A stretch of DNA of 39,714 nt from Promethearchaeota archaeon (GTDB lineage Archaea; Asgardarchaeota; Lokiarchaeia; Sigyniarchaeales; SOKP01), in contig JAEOTZ010000080.1 of the NCBI GenBank assembly GCA_016839585.1, forward strand, positions 1-39,714, in the 5' to 3' direction. The stretch's first letter is position 1. Every line of letters starts with the position of its first letter. The notes beneath the pieces are model-generated. The model was not told where the DNA came from and ran no database searches. It saw nothing but the letters and a program-made list of their open reading frames with translations. Shown piece after piece: positions 27,676 to 36,732 of this stretch. The translations under genes and the position numbers were made by a program.

Positions 27676-27717
27676 TTCATCACATTTTAGAAAAGCATTA
27701 TATAAAATGATCAAGAG

Positions 27718-29439
27718 ATGATAGAAAAACACAATAAAGGTAGTCCCTATTCGGAAAAAATTTGGTTAAAATCCTATGATGATTATGTTAAACCTGAAAT
27801 AGACTATGAGGTAATCTCCTTAGTTGATATGATGAAAAAAGCAGTAACAGAATTTCCAGAACAATTATTTTATGAATTTCAAGGTTTAACGGCTACCTAT
27901 AAAGAAATGGAGGAATATATTAATAGCTTCGCAAATTTCCTTTTAGAAAATGGAATTAAGAAAGGAGATAGAATAGCTATACATCTTCCTAACTCACCAC
28001 AATATTTAATAGCATTATATGGAACTTTTTATGCTGGCTGTACTAGCGTTGGAATGAATTTTCTTTTGAAACCTAATGAAATTGTATATCAACTAGAAGA
28101 TAGTGGAGCCAATGTGTTATTAACTCTTGATTCTTTTTATGAAGAGAACGTTAGAAAAGCTCTAATAACAGGAAAGACAAATGTAAAAGTTGTTGTTATA
28201 ACTAATATCGCAGATATGTTTCCAAAATTCAAACAAATCTTAGCTAAAGCTTTGAAGATTGTTCCTAAGGGCAAAATTGAACCAATTGAAGGGATTGATT
28301 TTTTTGAATTTAAAAAAATATTAAAAAATTATCCTAATGATAAATCACCTGATATAAATATAGAACCTAAGAAAGATATTGCTTTTCTTCAATATACAGG
28401 TGGAACAACTGGACCCCCTAAAGGTGCTATTTTAACTCATGAAAATGAAATCATAAATCTTCAACAGGTCGTATATTGGTTAGAGGTTGATCTGAAAAAG
28501 GGATTAGAAAAAGTTATTAGTGCTTTTCCTTTGTTCCATTTAGCTGGTATGTTTTTTAATCTTTTGGCAGTATATACCGCAAATACGCAACTAATTATTG
28601 CTAATCCTCGAGACACTAAGCATATCTGTAAATTAATTCAAAAATGGAAACCAACTATGATGGTTAATGTACCAACTCTCTATTTAATGTTGTTAAATGA
28701 GCCAAAATTGAAAGAATTGGATTTAAGTAATATTAAAGTTTATGGATCTGGAGCAGCTCCATTTCCTTCTGAAAGTATAAAGAAATTTGAAAATACAGTT
28801 GGAACGCATAAATTATTAGAAGTATATGGTATGACAGAAGCTTCCCCAATTGTAACTATGAATCCATATATAGGTACTAGAAAAATTGGAACTGTCGGTA
28901 TTCCTGTAAGTAATACTGATCTAAAAATTGTAGATGTAATTGATAGAAATAAGGAAGTTCCTCTCGGTGAACCTGGCGAGATTGTTATTAAGGGTCCTCA
29001 AATTTTTAAAGGGTATTGGAATAAACCAAAAGAAACCGAAAATGCTCTTAAAGAGGGGTGGTTTTATTCAGGGGATATAGGGATGATGGATAACGATGGG
29101 TATATAAGGATAGTTGATCGTACAAAAGATATGATTAACGTTAGTGGCTATAAAGTATTTAGCGTAGAAGTGGACGACAAAATGAATAAACATCATGCGA
29201 TTGAACTTTGCTCTAGTGTCGGTATTTCAGACCCAGATCGTCCAGGTTCAGAGTTAGTAAAATTATATGTTTTATTAAAAGAGGGGTATAAAGCATCAGA
29301 AGAAATTAAAGAGGATATTTTAAAATTCGCCCAAGATAATTTAGCAAAATACAAAGTTCCTAAAATAATCGAAATTCTTGAAGAGATGCCATTAACATCT
29401 GTTGGGAAAGTGGATAAAAAGATATTGAGGGAAAAGTAA
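27718..29439 (+). CDS. fadD: Long-chain fatty acid--CoA ligase (AMP-forming)
   Basis: LQYTGGTTGPPKG, FPLFH, GSGAAP, YGMTEASP, GWFYSGDIG, IVDRTKDMINVSG and PLTSVGKVDK. Confidence 0.92.
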   Translation: MIEKHNKGSPYSEKIWLKSYDDYVKPEIDYEVISLVDMMKKAVTEFPEQLFYEFQGLTATYKEMEEYINSFANFLLENGIKKGDRIAIHLPNSPQYLIALYGTFYAGCTSVGMNFLLKPNEIVYQLEDSGANVLLTLDSFYEENVRKALITGKTNVKVVVITNIADMFPKFKQILAKALKIVPKGKIEPIEGIDFFEFKKILKNYPNDKSPDINIEPKKDIAFLQYTGGTTGPPKGAILTHENEIINLQQVVYWLEVDLKKGLEKVISAFPLFHLAGMFFNLLAVYTANTQLIIANPRDTKHICKLIQKWKPTMMVNVPTLYLMLLNEPKLKELDLSNIKVYGSGAAPFPSESIKKFENTVGTHKLLEVYGMTEASPIVTMNPYIGTRKIGTVGIPVSNTDLKIVDVIDRNKEVPLGEPGEIVIKGPQIFKGYWNKPKETENALKEGWFYSGDIGMMDNDGYIRIVDRTKDMINVSGYKVFSVEVDDKMNKHHAIELCSSVGISDPDRPGSELVKLYVLLKEGYKASEEIKEDILKFAQDNLAKYKVPKIIEILEEMPLTSVGKVDKKILREK

Positions 29440-29472
29440 TAGATTAACTTTTTTTTAATTTATTTAGACTTT

Positions 29473-30066
29473 TTAATTACTATTTTTGAAATATCTCTTA
29501 TAGAGATTGTAATATAAATTTAGAGCTATAATGTAATGGATTATAATACAGGGGATAATACCTAATGTTAAAAAGATGAAGCCATTATACAATCCTAATA
29601 AAAAAGGAAATGTAAGATTTACTAACAATATCCTCAAATTTCTATATGAAAACCAGGTGTGTATGTGAAATAGTGAAAACACAATACTTGAGATAAATAT
29701 AGCAGTAAAGTTGCTTAACTCCATTTGGTTAACTAGAAAACTAATAGTGTAGAACCTAAAAATAAGTTCTTCTATTATCATGATTATCGGAAAAAAAACC
29801 CATATAAAAACTAGATTTTTTTTTGAGATAAAGGCGTATATTACATCTTGTTTTTTTATCACTCCAATATTTTCATCATTATAAACAAAAACTTCTATAA
29901 TTTTACCGATAATCAAGAATATGATAAAACCAAAAATTAAAATTAAAACAACATTTACATCAAATTCTCTTATGAAAAAATATTCGTTATAAATTCCTAA
30001 AAATGGTGGAACAATTAGAATAATAAAAACAATTAATATAAGAGCATATTTCCTTAATTTTTCCAA
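29473..30066 (-). CDS. CPBP family (CAAX type II/Rce1/Abi-like) intramembrane glutamic endopeptidase
   Basis: Multi-TM protein with EELIFR, FSLFH and a C-terminal IIIH..., matching the EExxxR, FxxxH and H motifs. Confidence 0.85.
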   Translation of the reverse strand: MEKLRKYALILIVFIILIVPPFLGIYNEYFFIREFDVNVVLILIFGFIIFLIIGKIIEVFVYNDENIGVIKKQDVIYAFISKKNLVFIWVFFPIIMIIEELIFRFYTISFLVNQMELSNFTAIFISSIVFSLFHIHTWFSYRNLRILLVNLTFPFLLGLYNGFIFLTLGIIPCIIIHYIIALNLYYNLYKRYFKNSN

Positions 30067-30118
30067 TGCCTTTCTTATCCAATTATTATTTTGAAGCCAA
30101 TAAATTTATTGAGAAATC

Positions 30119-30424
30119 TTAAGGATGATCATTTCGGGACCCCATGAGCGTAGTTGTCTCCTCAATCCACTGAGATAAATCCTTATCCACCCTGCAGAAG
30201 GTTACTATCTTGTCTAAATCCTTAAGCTTACTGAATGAGCATTCTACAAGTACATCCCATCCACCATATACAGGTGTAGCATACGTTATTTTCCATTCTT
30301 CATTTGGTTCCATTGATTCTAAACCAGTTAGTTTTTCAACAACTTTCCATTCAGTTCCAATAGTTTTTAACCGAATTAATATATACCCTCTATAGTAAAT
30401 TTCAAATTCACCAACATTTTTCAA
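30119..30424 (-). CDS. Stand-alone Lrp/AsnC ligand-binding (RAM) domain protein without an HTH
   Basis: RGYILIRL..G.EWKVVEKL...VYGGWDVLVE....L.DL...V...IEETTTL. The frame is closed by stop codons upstream. Confidence 0.75.
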   Translation of the reverse strand: MKNVGEFEIYYRGYILIRLKTIGTEWKVVEKLTGLESMEPNEEWKITYATPVYGGWDVLVECSFSKLKDLDKIVTFCRVDKDLSQWIEETTTLMGSRNDHP

Positions 30425-30608
30425 ATAATTTTTTCAGTTTTATCTTCCTAACATAGTATTAATTTTTTTAGTTTTTTAATGTTATATTAGTTTTCAAATG
30501 TAGAAAATGAACAAACATAAGAATTCAATTTAATGTGGATTATATTTAAGTAATCTATCATCTCTATCATAAATTGTTTTACATAATAATAATTGAGAAA
30601 ATACAAAA

Positions 30609-32126
30609 ATGTCAGAAGTCTATAAAAAGTTAGAAAGAGTAGTGTCAAAAGAGTATCTCTCAAAAGACATATACTTGCGTCATGCTTACTCAAGAAATGT
30701 CGATCTTGTCTTACAGGGAGTACCTGATATTGTTATAAGACCAAAGGATGCACAAGAAATTTCAGAAATCCTTAAAATTGCCAATGAAGAGAATATTCCA
30801 GTTATCCCTCGTGGTGCTGGAATATGTGAATTTGGAGGGAGCAAACCTATTGGAGATGGTGGTATTGTGCTGGATATGAAAAGAATGAATAATATTATTA
30901 ATTTAGATGAAGAAAATCATATAGTAACTGTAGAAGCAGGAATATCTTGGGGAAAACTAAATGAATATCTATGCCATTTTGGACTTTATACAGGGTGTAT
31001 GGGACCCGGCTCTGGGATGAGTGCATCTGTAGGCGGAGGTATCTCTCATCATTCTGTTGGTGGAGGAGGATGTGCTAAATATGGTGCTTGTACTAACCTA
31101 CTAATTTCGTTAGAAGTTGTCTTACCTACAGGGGAAATATTAGAAACAGGTTCTCAGGCTAATAAATATTCAAAATTCCCATTTAATAGGTTTGGAAATG
31201 GTCCGGACTTAGCTGGACTTTTTTGCGGAGATAATGGAATTTATGGTGTGAAAACAAAAGTTTCGCTACAAGTATTTCCTAAACCGGAATTTGCAGAATA
31301 TAAAACTTTTTTAATGCCTCGTAAATCTGCCGAAACAGCAGCTCAGATTATGACTGAAATTAGGCATAAGGGGATTGATGTTTATGATGCAATGTTTATT
31401 CCAGATGTTGTTATTGCTATAGGATCAGATCAAGGCTTCTTCCCGTTATGGGAAAATCTAAAACGTAAACGAGGAATGTTTTTTTATACTATAGAAGCAA
31501 ATTCTGAAGTTGAATTAGATGAAAATGTTAAAAAGCTAGATGATATGATTTTGAATAAAAAATCTGAATTTTTAGGTCCAGAAATAGCTGATGGGAATAT
31601 TGCTAAATGGCATTATGTTGAAAAAGGACATTGGCAATTGTATCATAACCTATGGGGAATGTTTCCTTCAATGCAAGCTTTATCAGCAGAATGCTTTTGC
31701 CCAATTAGTGCATTCCCCAAAATTTTGCAAGATGTTGATCAATGGGATATAGAACATGAAGTAGATATGCGAAAAATATTCGATATTACGAAAATCCGTC
31801 CTATATCAGGTAGTGGTCCCGTACCACTAGTAGATGGTAATACTGTTGAGATAACGACTGGTTTTGTTAGCTTTTGGAGATATTATAATGAAGAAATCCA
31901 TGAAGTAATCAAAGAAACTAACTTAAAACTATGGAAATCTCTCTTAGAAAGGGTAATAAAGCATGGAGTACAATGGTATATGATGGGTGATTTTTTGTCT
32001 CGCTTCATGGTAGATATTGGAGCTTATTCAGAAGAGTTTTATAATTTAATGAAATCAATCAAAAAAACTGTTGACCCAAATATGATTTTAAGTAGAGGTA
32101 AATTTAATTTTTGGGGTGAAAAATAA
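30609..32126 (+). CDS. FAD-binding oxidoreductase (VAO/PCMH/GlcD superfamily), paralog A
   Basis: PDIVIRP, PRGAG, LDMKRMN, VEAGISW, LEVVLPTGE, GPDLAGLFCGDNGIYGVKT and VDPNMILSRGK. Confidence 0.88.
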   Translation: MSEVYKKLERVVSKEYLSKDIYLRHAYSRNVDLVLQGVPDIVIRPKDAQEISEILKIANEENIPVIPRGAGICEFGGSKPIGDGGIVLDMKRMNNIINLDEENHIVTVEAGISWGKLNEYLCHFGLYTGCMGPGSGMSASVGGGISHHSVGGGGCAKYGACTNLLISLEVVLPTGEILETGSQANKYSKFPFNRFGNGPDLAGLFCGDNGIYGVKTKVSLQVFPKPEFAEYKTFLMPRKSAETAAQIMTEIRHKGIDVYDAMFIPDVVIAIGSDQGFFPLWENLKRKRGMFFYTIEANSEVELDENVKKLDDMILNKKSEFLGPEIADGNIAKWHYVEKGHWQLYHNLWGMFPSMQALSAECFCPISAFPKILQDVDQWDIEHEVDMRKIFDITKIRPISGSGPVPLVDGNTVEITTGFVSFWRYYNEEIHEVIKETNLKLWKSLLERVIKHGVQWYMMGDFLSRFMVDIGAYSEEFYNLMKSIKKTVDPNMILSRGKFNFWGEK

Positions 32127-32127
32127 A

Positions 32128-33360
32128 ATGAGTGAATTAAAACATTTAAAGAAAGAATGGAAAGCTATTATGAGCTGCATGAATTGCGGCGATTGTGGGT
32201 TTGCCATTCGACCTGTTGTTGGTAGATATTTGACTTGTCCTGTATTGGAGGCCAAGGAAGAAGAAGGTTTTGAAATATATTTTTCAAGAGGTAGAATGAA
32301 TGTTCTCAAGAGCATTTTAGAAGGGCAAATTCCTTTGAGTAGAGAACTTGCTGAATGGGTTTACCAATGCAGCGAATGTGGGAACTGTACTGAGGTTTGT
32401 CATATGTCTCAGAATCCATATATTGTCCTTCCCACAAGCAATTGGATCGATCATGTAAAAGTATGGGAAGCATTAAGAAAGGATCTAGTTGAGGCTGGTT
32501 TTGCTCCTCTGGATAGACATGGTGATCTAATCGAGTATATGAACGATGATAATATGAAGAATCCTTATGGAGAAGATAAAGATAAAAAGTTTGATTGGAT
32601 AAATGAATTTCCTGAGATTAAGGAAAAGGGAGACTTAATGTTTTTTGGAGGCTGTACCATGCCCTTAAGACAAGTAGAAACGCTAAAAAGCATGATGAAA
32701 ATTTTGAAAGCAGCAGAAATAGAAATTGCAATGTCTAAAGATGAGTGGTGCTGTGGTTCTATTGCTATAAGGATTGGTGATGAAAAATCTATAACTGAAA
32801 TGATTGAGCATAATATTGATGAATTCAAAAATAAAGGTGCTAAAACCTTATTTACAGCTTGCGCAGGATGTTATAGAACTTGGAAAAAAGATTATCCTGA
32901 ATTACTAGGCTATGAATTACCATTTGAAGTGAAACACATAACAGAAATATTGGTGGAATTAATCAATAACAATAAAATACCTTTTAAAGAAGAGATGGAA
33001 AGAGTTAAAGTCACTTATCATGATCCCTGCCATTTAGGACGTCATATGAATCTTTATGAAATCCCTCGAGAAGTTCTTTCTAAAATACCTGGAATTGAAT
33101 TAGTCGAGATGAAAAGAAATAAAAATAATGCTTGGTGTTGTGGAGCAGGAGGAGGTGTGAAGAGTCAATTTTCTGAATTAGCTCTTAAAATCTCACAAGA
33201 AAGGATAAAAGAGGCTGTTGAATCAGGTGCACAAATCTTAACAACTAGCTGTCCTTTTTGCATCGGGAATCTAAGCGATGCTTATGAAGAAATGGATTTA
33301 GAAATCAAAGAAAAAATTAAGGTTATTGATATAATTGATCTAATCTCTTCTAAACTATGA
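32128..33360 (+). CDS. HdrD/GlpC/GlcF-like (Fe-S)-binding oxidoreductase with two CCG domains
   Basis: CMNCGDC...CP, CSECGNCTEVC, FGGC, WCCG, ACAGC, YHDPCH, WCCGAGGG and SCPFC. The ATG at 32128 is preferred over the GTG at 32116 because a GGGGTGA RBS lies at 32113-32119. Confidence 0.9.
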   Translation: MSELKHLKKEWKAIMSCMNCGDCGFAIRPVVGRYLTCPVLEAKEEEGFEIYFSRGRMNVLKSILEGQIPLSRELAEWVYQCSECGNCTEVCHMSQNPYIVLPTSNWIDHVKVWEALRKDLVEAGFAPLDRHGDLIEYMNDDNMKNPYGEDKDKKFDWINEFPEIKEKGDLMFFGGCTMPLRQVETLKSMMKILKAAEIEIAMSKDEWCCGSIAIRIGDEKSITEMIEHNIDEFKNKGAKTLFTACAGCYRTWKKDYPELLGYELPFEVKHITEILVELINNNKIPFKEEMERVKVTYHDPCHLGRHMNLYEIPREVLSKIPGIELVEMKRNKNNAWCCGAGGGVKSQFSELALKISQERIKEAVESGAQILTTSCPFCIGNLSDAYEEMDLEIKEKIKVIDIIDLISSKL

Positions 33361-33379
33361 ATCATATTAGAGATTTAAA

Positions 33380-34903
33380 ATGCCAGAATTGTACCAGAAA
33401 TTAGAAAGAATAGTGTCTAAAAATAGGATATCTAATGACTTATATGTTCGACACGCTTATTCCCGGAATGTTACTTCTAATCTTCAAGGTGTTCCTGATA
33501 TTGTTATAAGACCAAAAGATACCCAAGAAATTTCAGAAATCCTAAAAATAGCCAATGAAGAGAATATAGCTGTTATTCCTCGAGGTGGTGGAGACTGTGA
33601 ATTTGGAGGAAGTAAACCTATTGGAGATACTGGAATTGTCTTAGATCTAAAAAGTATGAATAAAGTATTGAATTTAGATACCGATAATTTAATAGTTACT
33701 ATAGAAGCCGGGATCTCATGGAGTAAATTAAATGACTATCTATGTCATTTTGGACTCTATACAGGATGCATGGGTCCAGGATCTGGATTAACATCATCAG
33801 TAGGAGGAGGTCTCTCTCATCATTCTGTAGGAGGTGGTGGATGTGCCAAGTATGGACCTTGTACTAATCAACTAATTTCATTGGAAGTTGTTTTGGCAAC
33901 AGGCGAAATCATTGAAACAGGATGTCAAGCTAATAAATATTCAAAATTACCATTCAATAGATTTGGAAATGGTCCAGATTTAGCGGCACTTTTTTGTGGG
34001 GATAATGGAATTTATGGTGTAAAAACTAAAGTTTCTCTACAAGTATTTCCTAAACCGGAATTTGCAGATTATAAAACTTTCTTGATGCCTCGAAACTCAA
34101 TGGAAATTTCTGCTCAGATGATGAGTGAAATTAGACAAAAAGGAATTGATGTTTATGATACTATGTATTTCATGGATTTAATTGTATCTATTGGGATTCA
34201 ATATGGAATGTTTCCTATGTGGGAACATTTAAAAAGAAAAAGAGGTGTTATTTTTTACACAGTTGAAGCAAACTCGGAAACAGAATTAAAGGCAAAAGTT
34301 GCACAACTAGATAAAATAATGTTAAGTAAAAAAGCAGAAGAATTTGGCCCTGAGATCTCGGATGGAAATATTGCTAAATGGCATTACGAGGAACAAGGTC
34401 ATTGGTTAATAGCCCATAACTTATGGGGATTAGTACCTGGATTTGATCCTGTAGATGCAGAATGTCATGTACCTATTAATGCATATCCTAAGATAATGAA
34501 AGATTTGGATCAATGGGATATGGAACACTCTGAAGACATGCAAAAAATTTTAGAGATAACTGGAATGCGACCAATTACGGGTACTGGTCCAATTATCTTA
34601 ACTGAAGGTAACAATGTTGAGTTAACTTGTGGATTTACTAGTTTTCCAAGCTATTATAATGGTGAAAAGCATGAAAATATAAAAGAAATCAATGTTAAGC
34701 TTTGGAAATCCCTTTTAGAAAGACTAGTTAAACAGGGAGCAATGTTCTATATGTTTGGCGATATTCTGAGTAGGCATATGGTAGATATACAAGGTTATCA
34801 GAAAGGATACTATGAACTAATGAGAAAGATTAAAGATGCAATTGATCCGAAACATATCTTAAGTCGTGGAAAATATAATTTTTGGGGTACTAAGAGAAAA
34901 TGA
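33380..34903 (+). CDS. FAD-binding oxidoreductase, paralog B of 30609..32126
   Basis: Collinear with and highly similar to paralog A (GLYTGCMGPGSG, SHHSVGGGGCAKYG, FNRFGNGPDLA, GNIAKWHY). Confidence 0.88.
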   Translation: MPELYQKLERIVSKNRISNDLYVRHAYSRNVTSNLQGVPDIVIRPKDTQEISEILKIANEENIAVIPRGGGDCEFGGSKPIGDTGIVLDLKSMNKVLNLDTDNLIVTIEAGISWSKLNDYLCHFGLYTGCMGPGSGLTSSVGGGLSHHSVGGGGCAKYGPCTNQLISLEVVLATGEIIETGCQANKYSKLPFNRFGNGPDLAALFCGDNGIYGVKTKVSLQVFPKPEFADYKTFLMPRNSMEISAQMMSEIRQKGIDVYDTMYFMDLIVSIGIQYGMFPMWEHLKRKRGVIFYTVEANSETELKAKVAQLDKIMLSKKAEEFGPEISDGNIAKWHYEEQGHWLIAHNLWGLVPGFDPVDAECHVPINAYPKIMKDLDQWDMEHSEDMQKILEITGMRPITGTGPIILTEGNNVELTCGFTSFPSYYNGEKHENIKEINVKLWKSLLERLVKQGAMFYMFGDILSRHMVDIQGYQKGYYELMRKIKDAIDPKHILSRGKYNFWGTKRK

Positions 34904-35006
34904 TAATTTACCTATACTTAAAAACTTTCTACTCTTAATAAAAAATAATATTTTATCAATTTTTTATTAAAAAAATCTTTAAGAACCATCCTTTTTTTTA
35001 CTATTT

Positions 35007-35675
35007 ATGGAGGATTTAAGTATATATCTACAACCTAATGAATTCTTTGATTTTAACAAAAAATCTGTCACGAATAAAGCAAATGAAATAATTGATGGTT
35101 TAAAGAGTCAAAAAGAAAAAGCAATTGCTTTATTTTATTGGGTAAGAGATGAAATAAAATATAATATGGCGTTATTCATCCCTAAAGTGAAAAATTATTT
35201 TATTGCGAGCAAGACAATACGGCGACGTGAAGGTTTTTGTGTTTCAAAATCAATATTATTATCAACATTGGCCAGAGCAGTCGGGATACCTGCAAGAATT
35301 CATTTATGTGACCTTATCAATCATCTTGTTTCCCAAAAAGTTATTGATTTTATGGGACATAACGTCATGTACTACCATGGATATAGTGAATTTTATTTAG
35401 ACAATAAGTGGGTAAAATTAACACCTTCATTTGATAAAGGAACTGCAATAAGGGGAGGATTTCTTCCAATGGTAGAATTTGATGGTGAGAATGATGCTGT
35501 TTTTCCCCCTTATGATGTAAATGGAAATAAATTTGGAGAATATGTTGGAGATCGAGGTGTACATGCAGGCTTACCCCTCGATGAGATAGACAAACTATTT
35601 CAAGAAAAATATAAAATGTATAGAGAACATTTAAGTGGTTATCAAAAAGTAGACGATTATCAAGATTTAATATAA
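35007..35675 (+). CDS. Transglutaminase-like family protein
   Basis: LFYWVRDEIKY, GFCVSKSILL..LARAVGIPAR (Cys), YHGYSEFYL..KWVK (His) and TPSFD. Confidence 0.88.
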   Translation: MEDLSIYLQPNEFFDFNKKSVTNKANEIIDGLKSQKEKAIALFYWVRDEIKYNMALFIPKVKNYFIASKTIRRREGFCVSKSILLSTLARAVGIPARIHLCDLINHLVSQKVIDFMGHNVMYYHGYSEFYLDNKWVKLTPSFDKGTAIRGGFLPMVEFDGENDAVFPPYDVNGNKFGEYVGDRGVHAGLPLDEIDKLFQEKYKMYREHLSGYQKVDDYQDLI

Positions 35676-35683
35676 GCATCTCT

Positions 35684-36601
35684 TTAAGAGAAATAATTAT
35701 TCTTCAATCCTAATTCTCTTAAATGTATTTTGAATTTACCTAACTTACCTCCATAATTTCCAGCTGAGATTTTGATTAGACCTTCCATATCTATTATCCC
35801 TTCAATTACTTTTAGCATTGTTTCCTTTAAGGTATTAATGTCAAGTGCATTAAAGACTATTTCTGGAATTGATTTTACTCCCTCAGGAACTTTAAATTCT
35901 ACAGAAGGTAATTTTTTTTTTAAAGTTGGACAATATGGATGATTTGTTGACGGTCCAATTTTAGGGAAATTTGTTTCAGGTTTAGACCCCGCAGAACACA
36001 CATCAAAGGTAGTACAAACATCGTCAATTTCTGCTATGATTTTTACTGCCTCTCGTCCTACTTTTATGCTAGAATCTACAGAATGACAAAAGAGCCATAG
36101 ATTACCTCCCATAACACCTTTAGCATAGGAAAGCTCCTCCTCAATTAGAAAGTCATATCCCATCATGATAGGGACATCAATTAGTTTACGATTATTCTTT
36201 TCTACAATCCATTCATACCCATCACCGCAGTGTCCTACATTATTCATCATATTGAATTTAGTATCAACCTCATTTGGAAAATAATCGAAAACTGTGGTGG
36301 TAGGAACAACAAGAATACCTTGCCTTATCCTTCTTCCTAATTGATCATAAAATTTTGCCTGCGATTTTTGGCCAGTGCCAGTAACCCATAATTGTACGAT
36401 TGCTCCTAGTCTACCATCAATAGTCTCTTTTTTTGTAAACCATCTGACTATTCCACCTTCAGCATCTCCAAAAACCGTGAAAGGAAGAGCAGTAAACGCA
36501 TTTGCTGCTCTGTTTAAAAATTCTCTATCTTGAGCGGTGACTTGTAATTGTACTACTAAACCTTCAAAGGCTTCACAATAAGTGTCTTCTACAGTTACCA
36601 T
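35684..36601 (-). CDS. ftr: Formylmethanofuran:tetrahydromethanopterin N-formyltransferase (divergent type)
   Basis: VEDTYCEAF, DAEGGI, ETIDGR, GDGYE, VPIMMG, GVMGGN, SAGSK, STNHPYCPTL, EIVFNA and ISAGNYGGKLG. Confidence 0.9.
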   Translation of the reverse strand: MVTVEDTYCEAFEGLVVQLQVTAQDREFLNRAANAFTALPFTVFGDAEGGIVRWFTKKETIDGRLGAIVQLWVTGTGQKSQAKFYDQLGRRIRQGILVVPTTTVFDYFPNEVDTKFNMMNNVGHCGDGYEWIVEKNNRKLIDVPIMMGYDFLIEEELSYAKGVMGGNLWLFCHSVDSSIKVGREAVKIIAEIDDVCTTFDVCSAGSKPETNFPKIGPSTNHPYCPTLKKKLPSVEFKVPEGVKSIPEIVFNALDINTLKETMLKVIEGIIDMEGLIKISAGNYGGKLGKFKIHLRELGLKNNYFS

Positions 36602-36732
36602 TATCTGATGTGTATATTTATTTTAGATATTACCTAGATTATTTAGATCAAATAAAAATTTAAAATTAAAAGCTTATTAACTCTATAATATTAAATTAAT
36701 TACGAAAACAAAATAAAAGAGGAATAAGAAAA

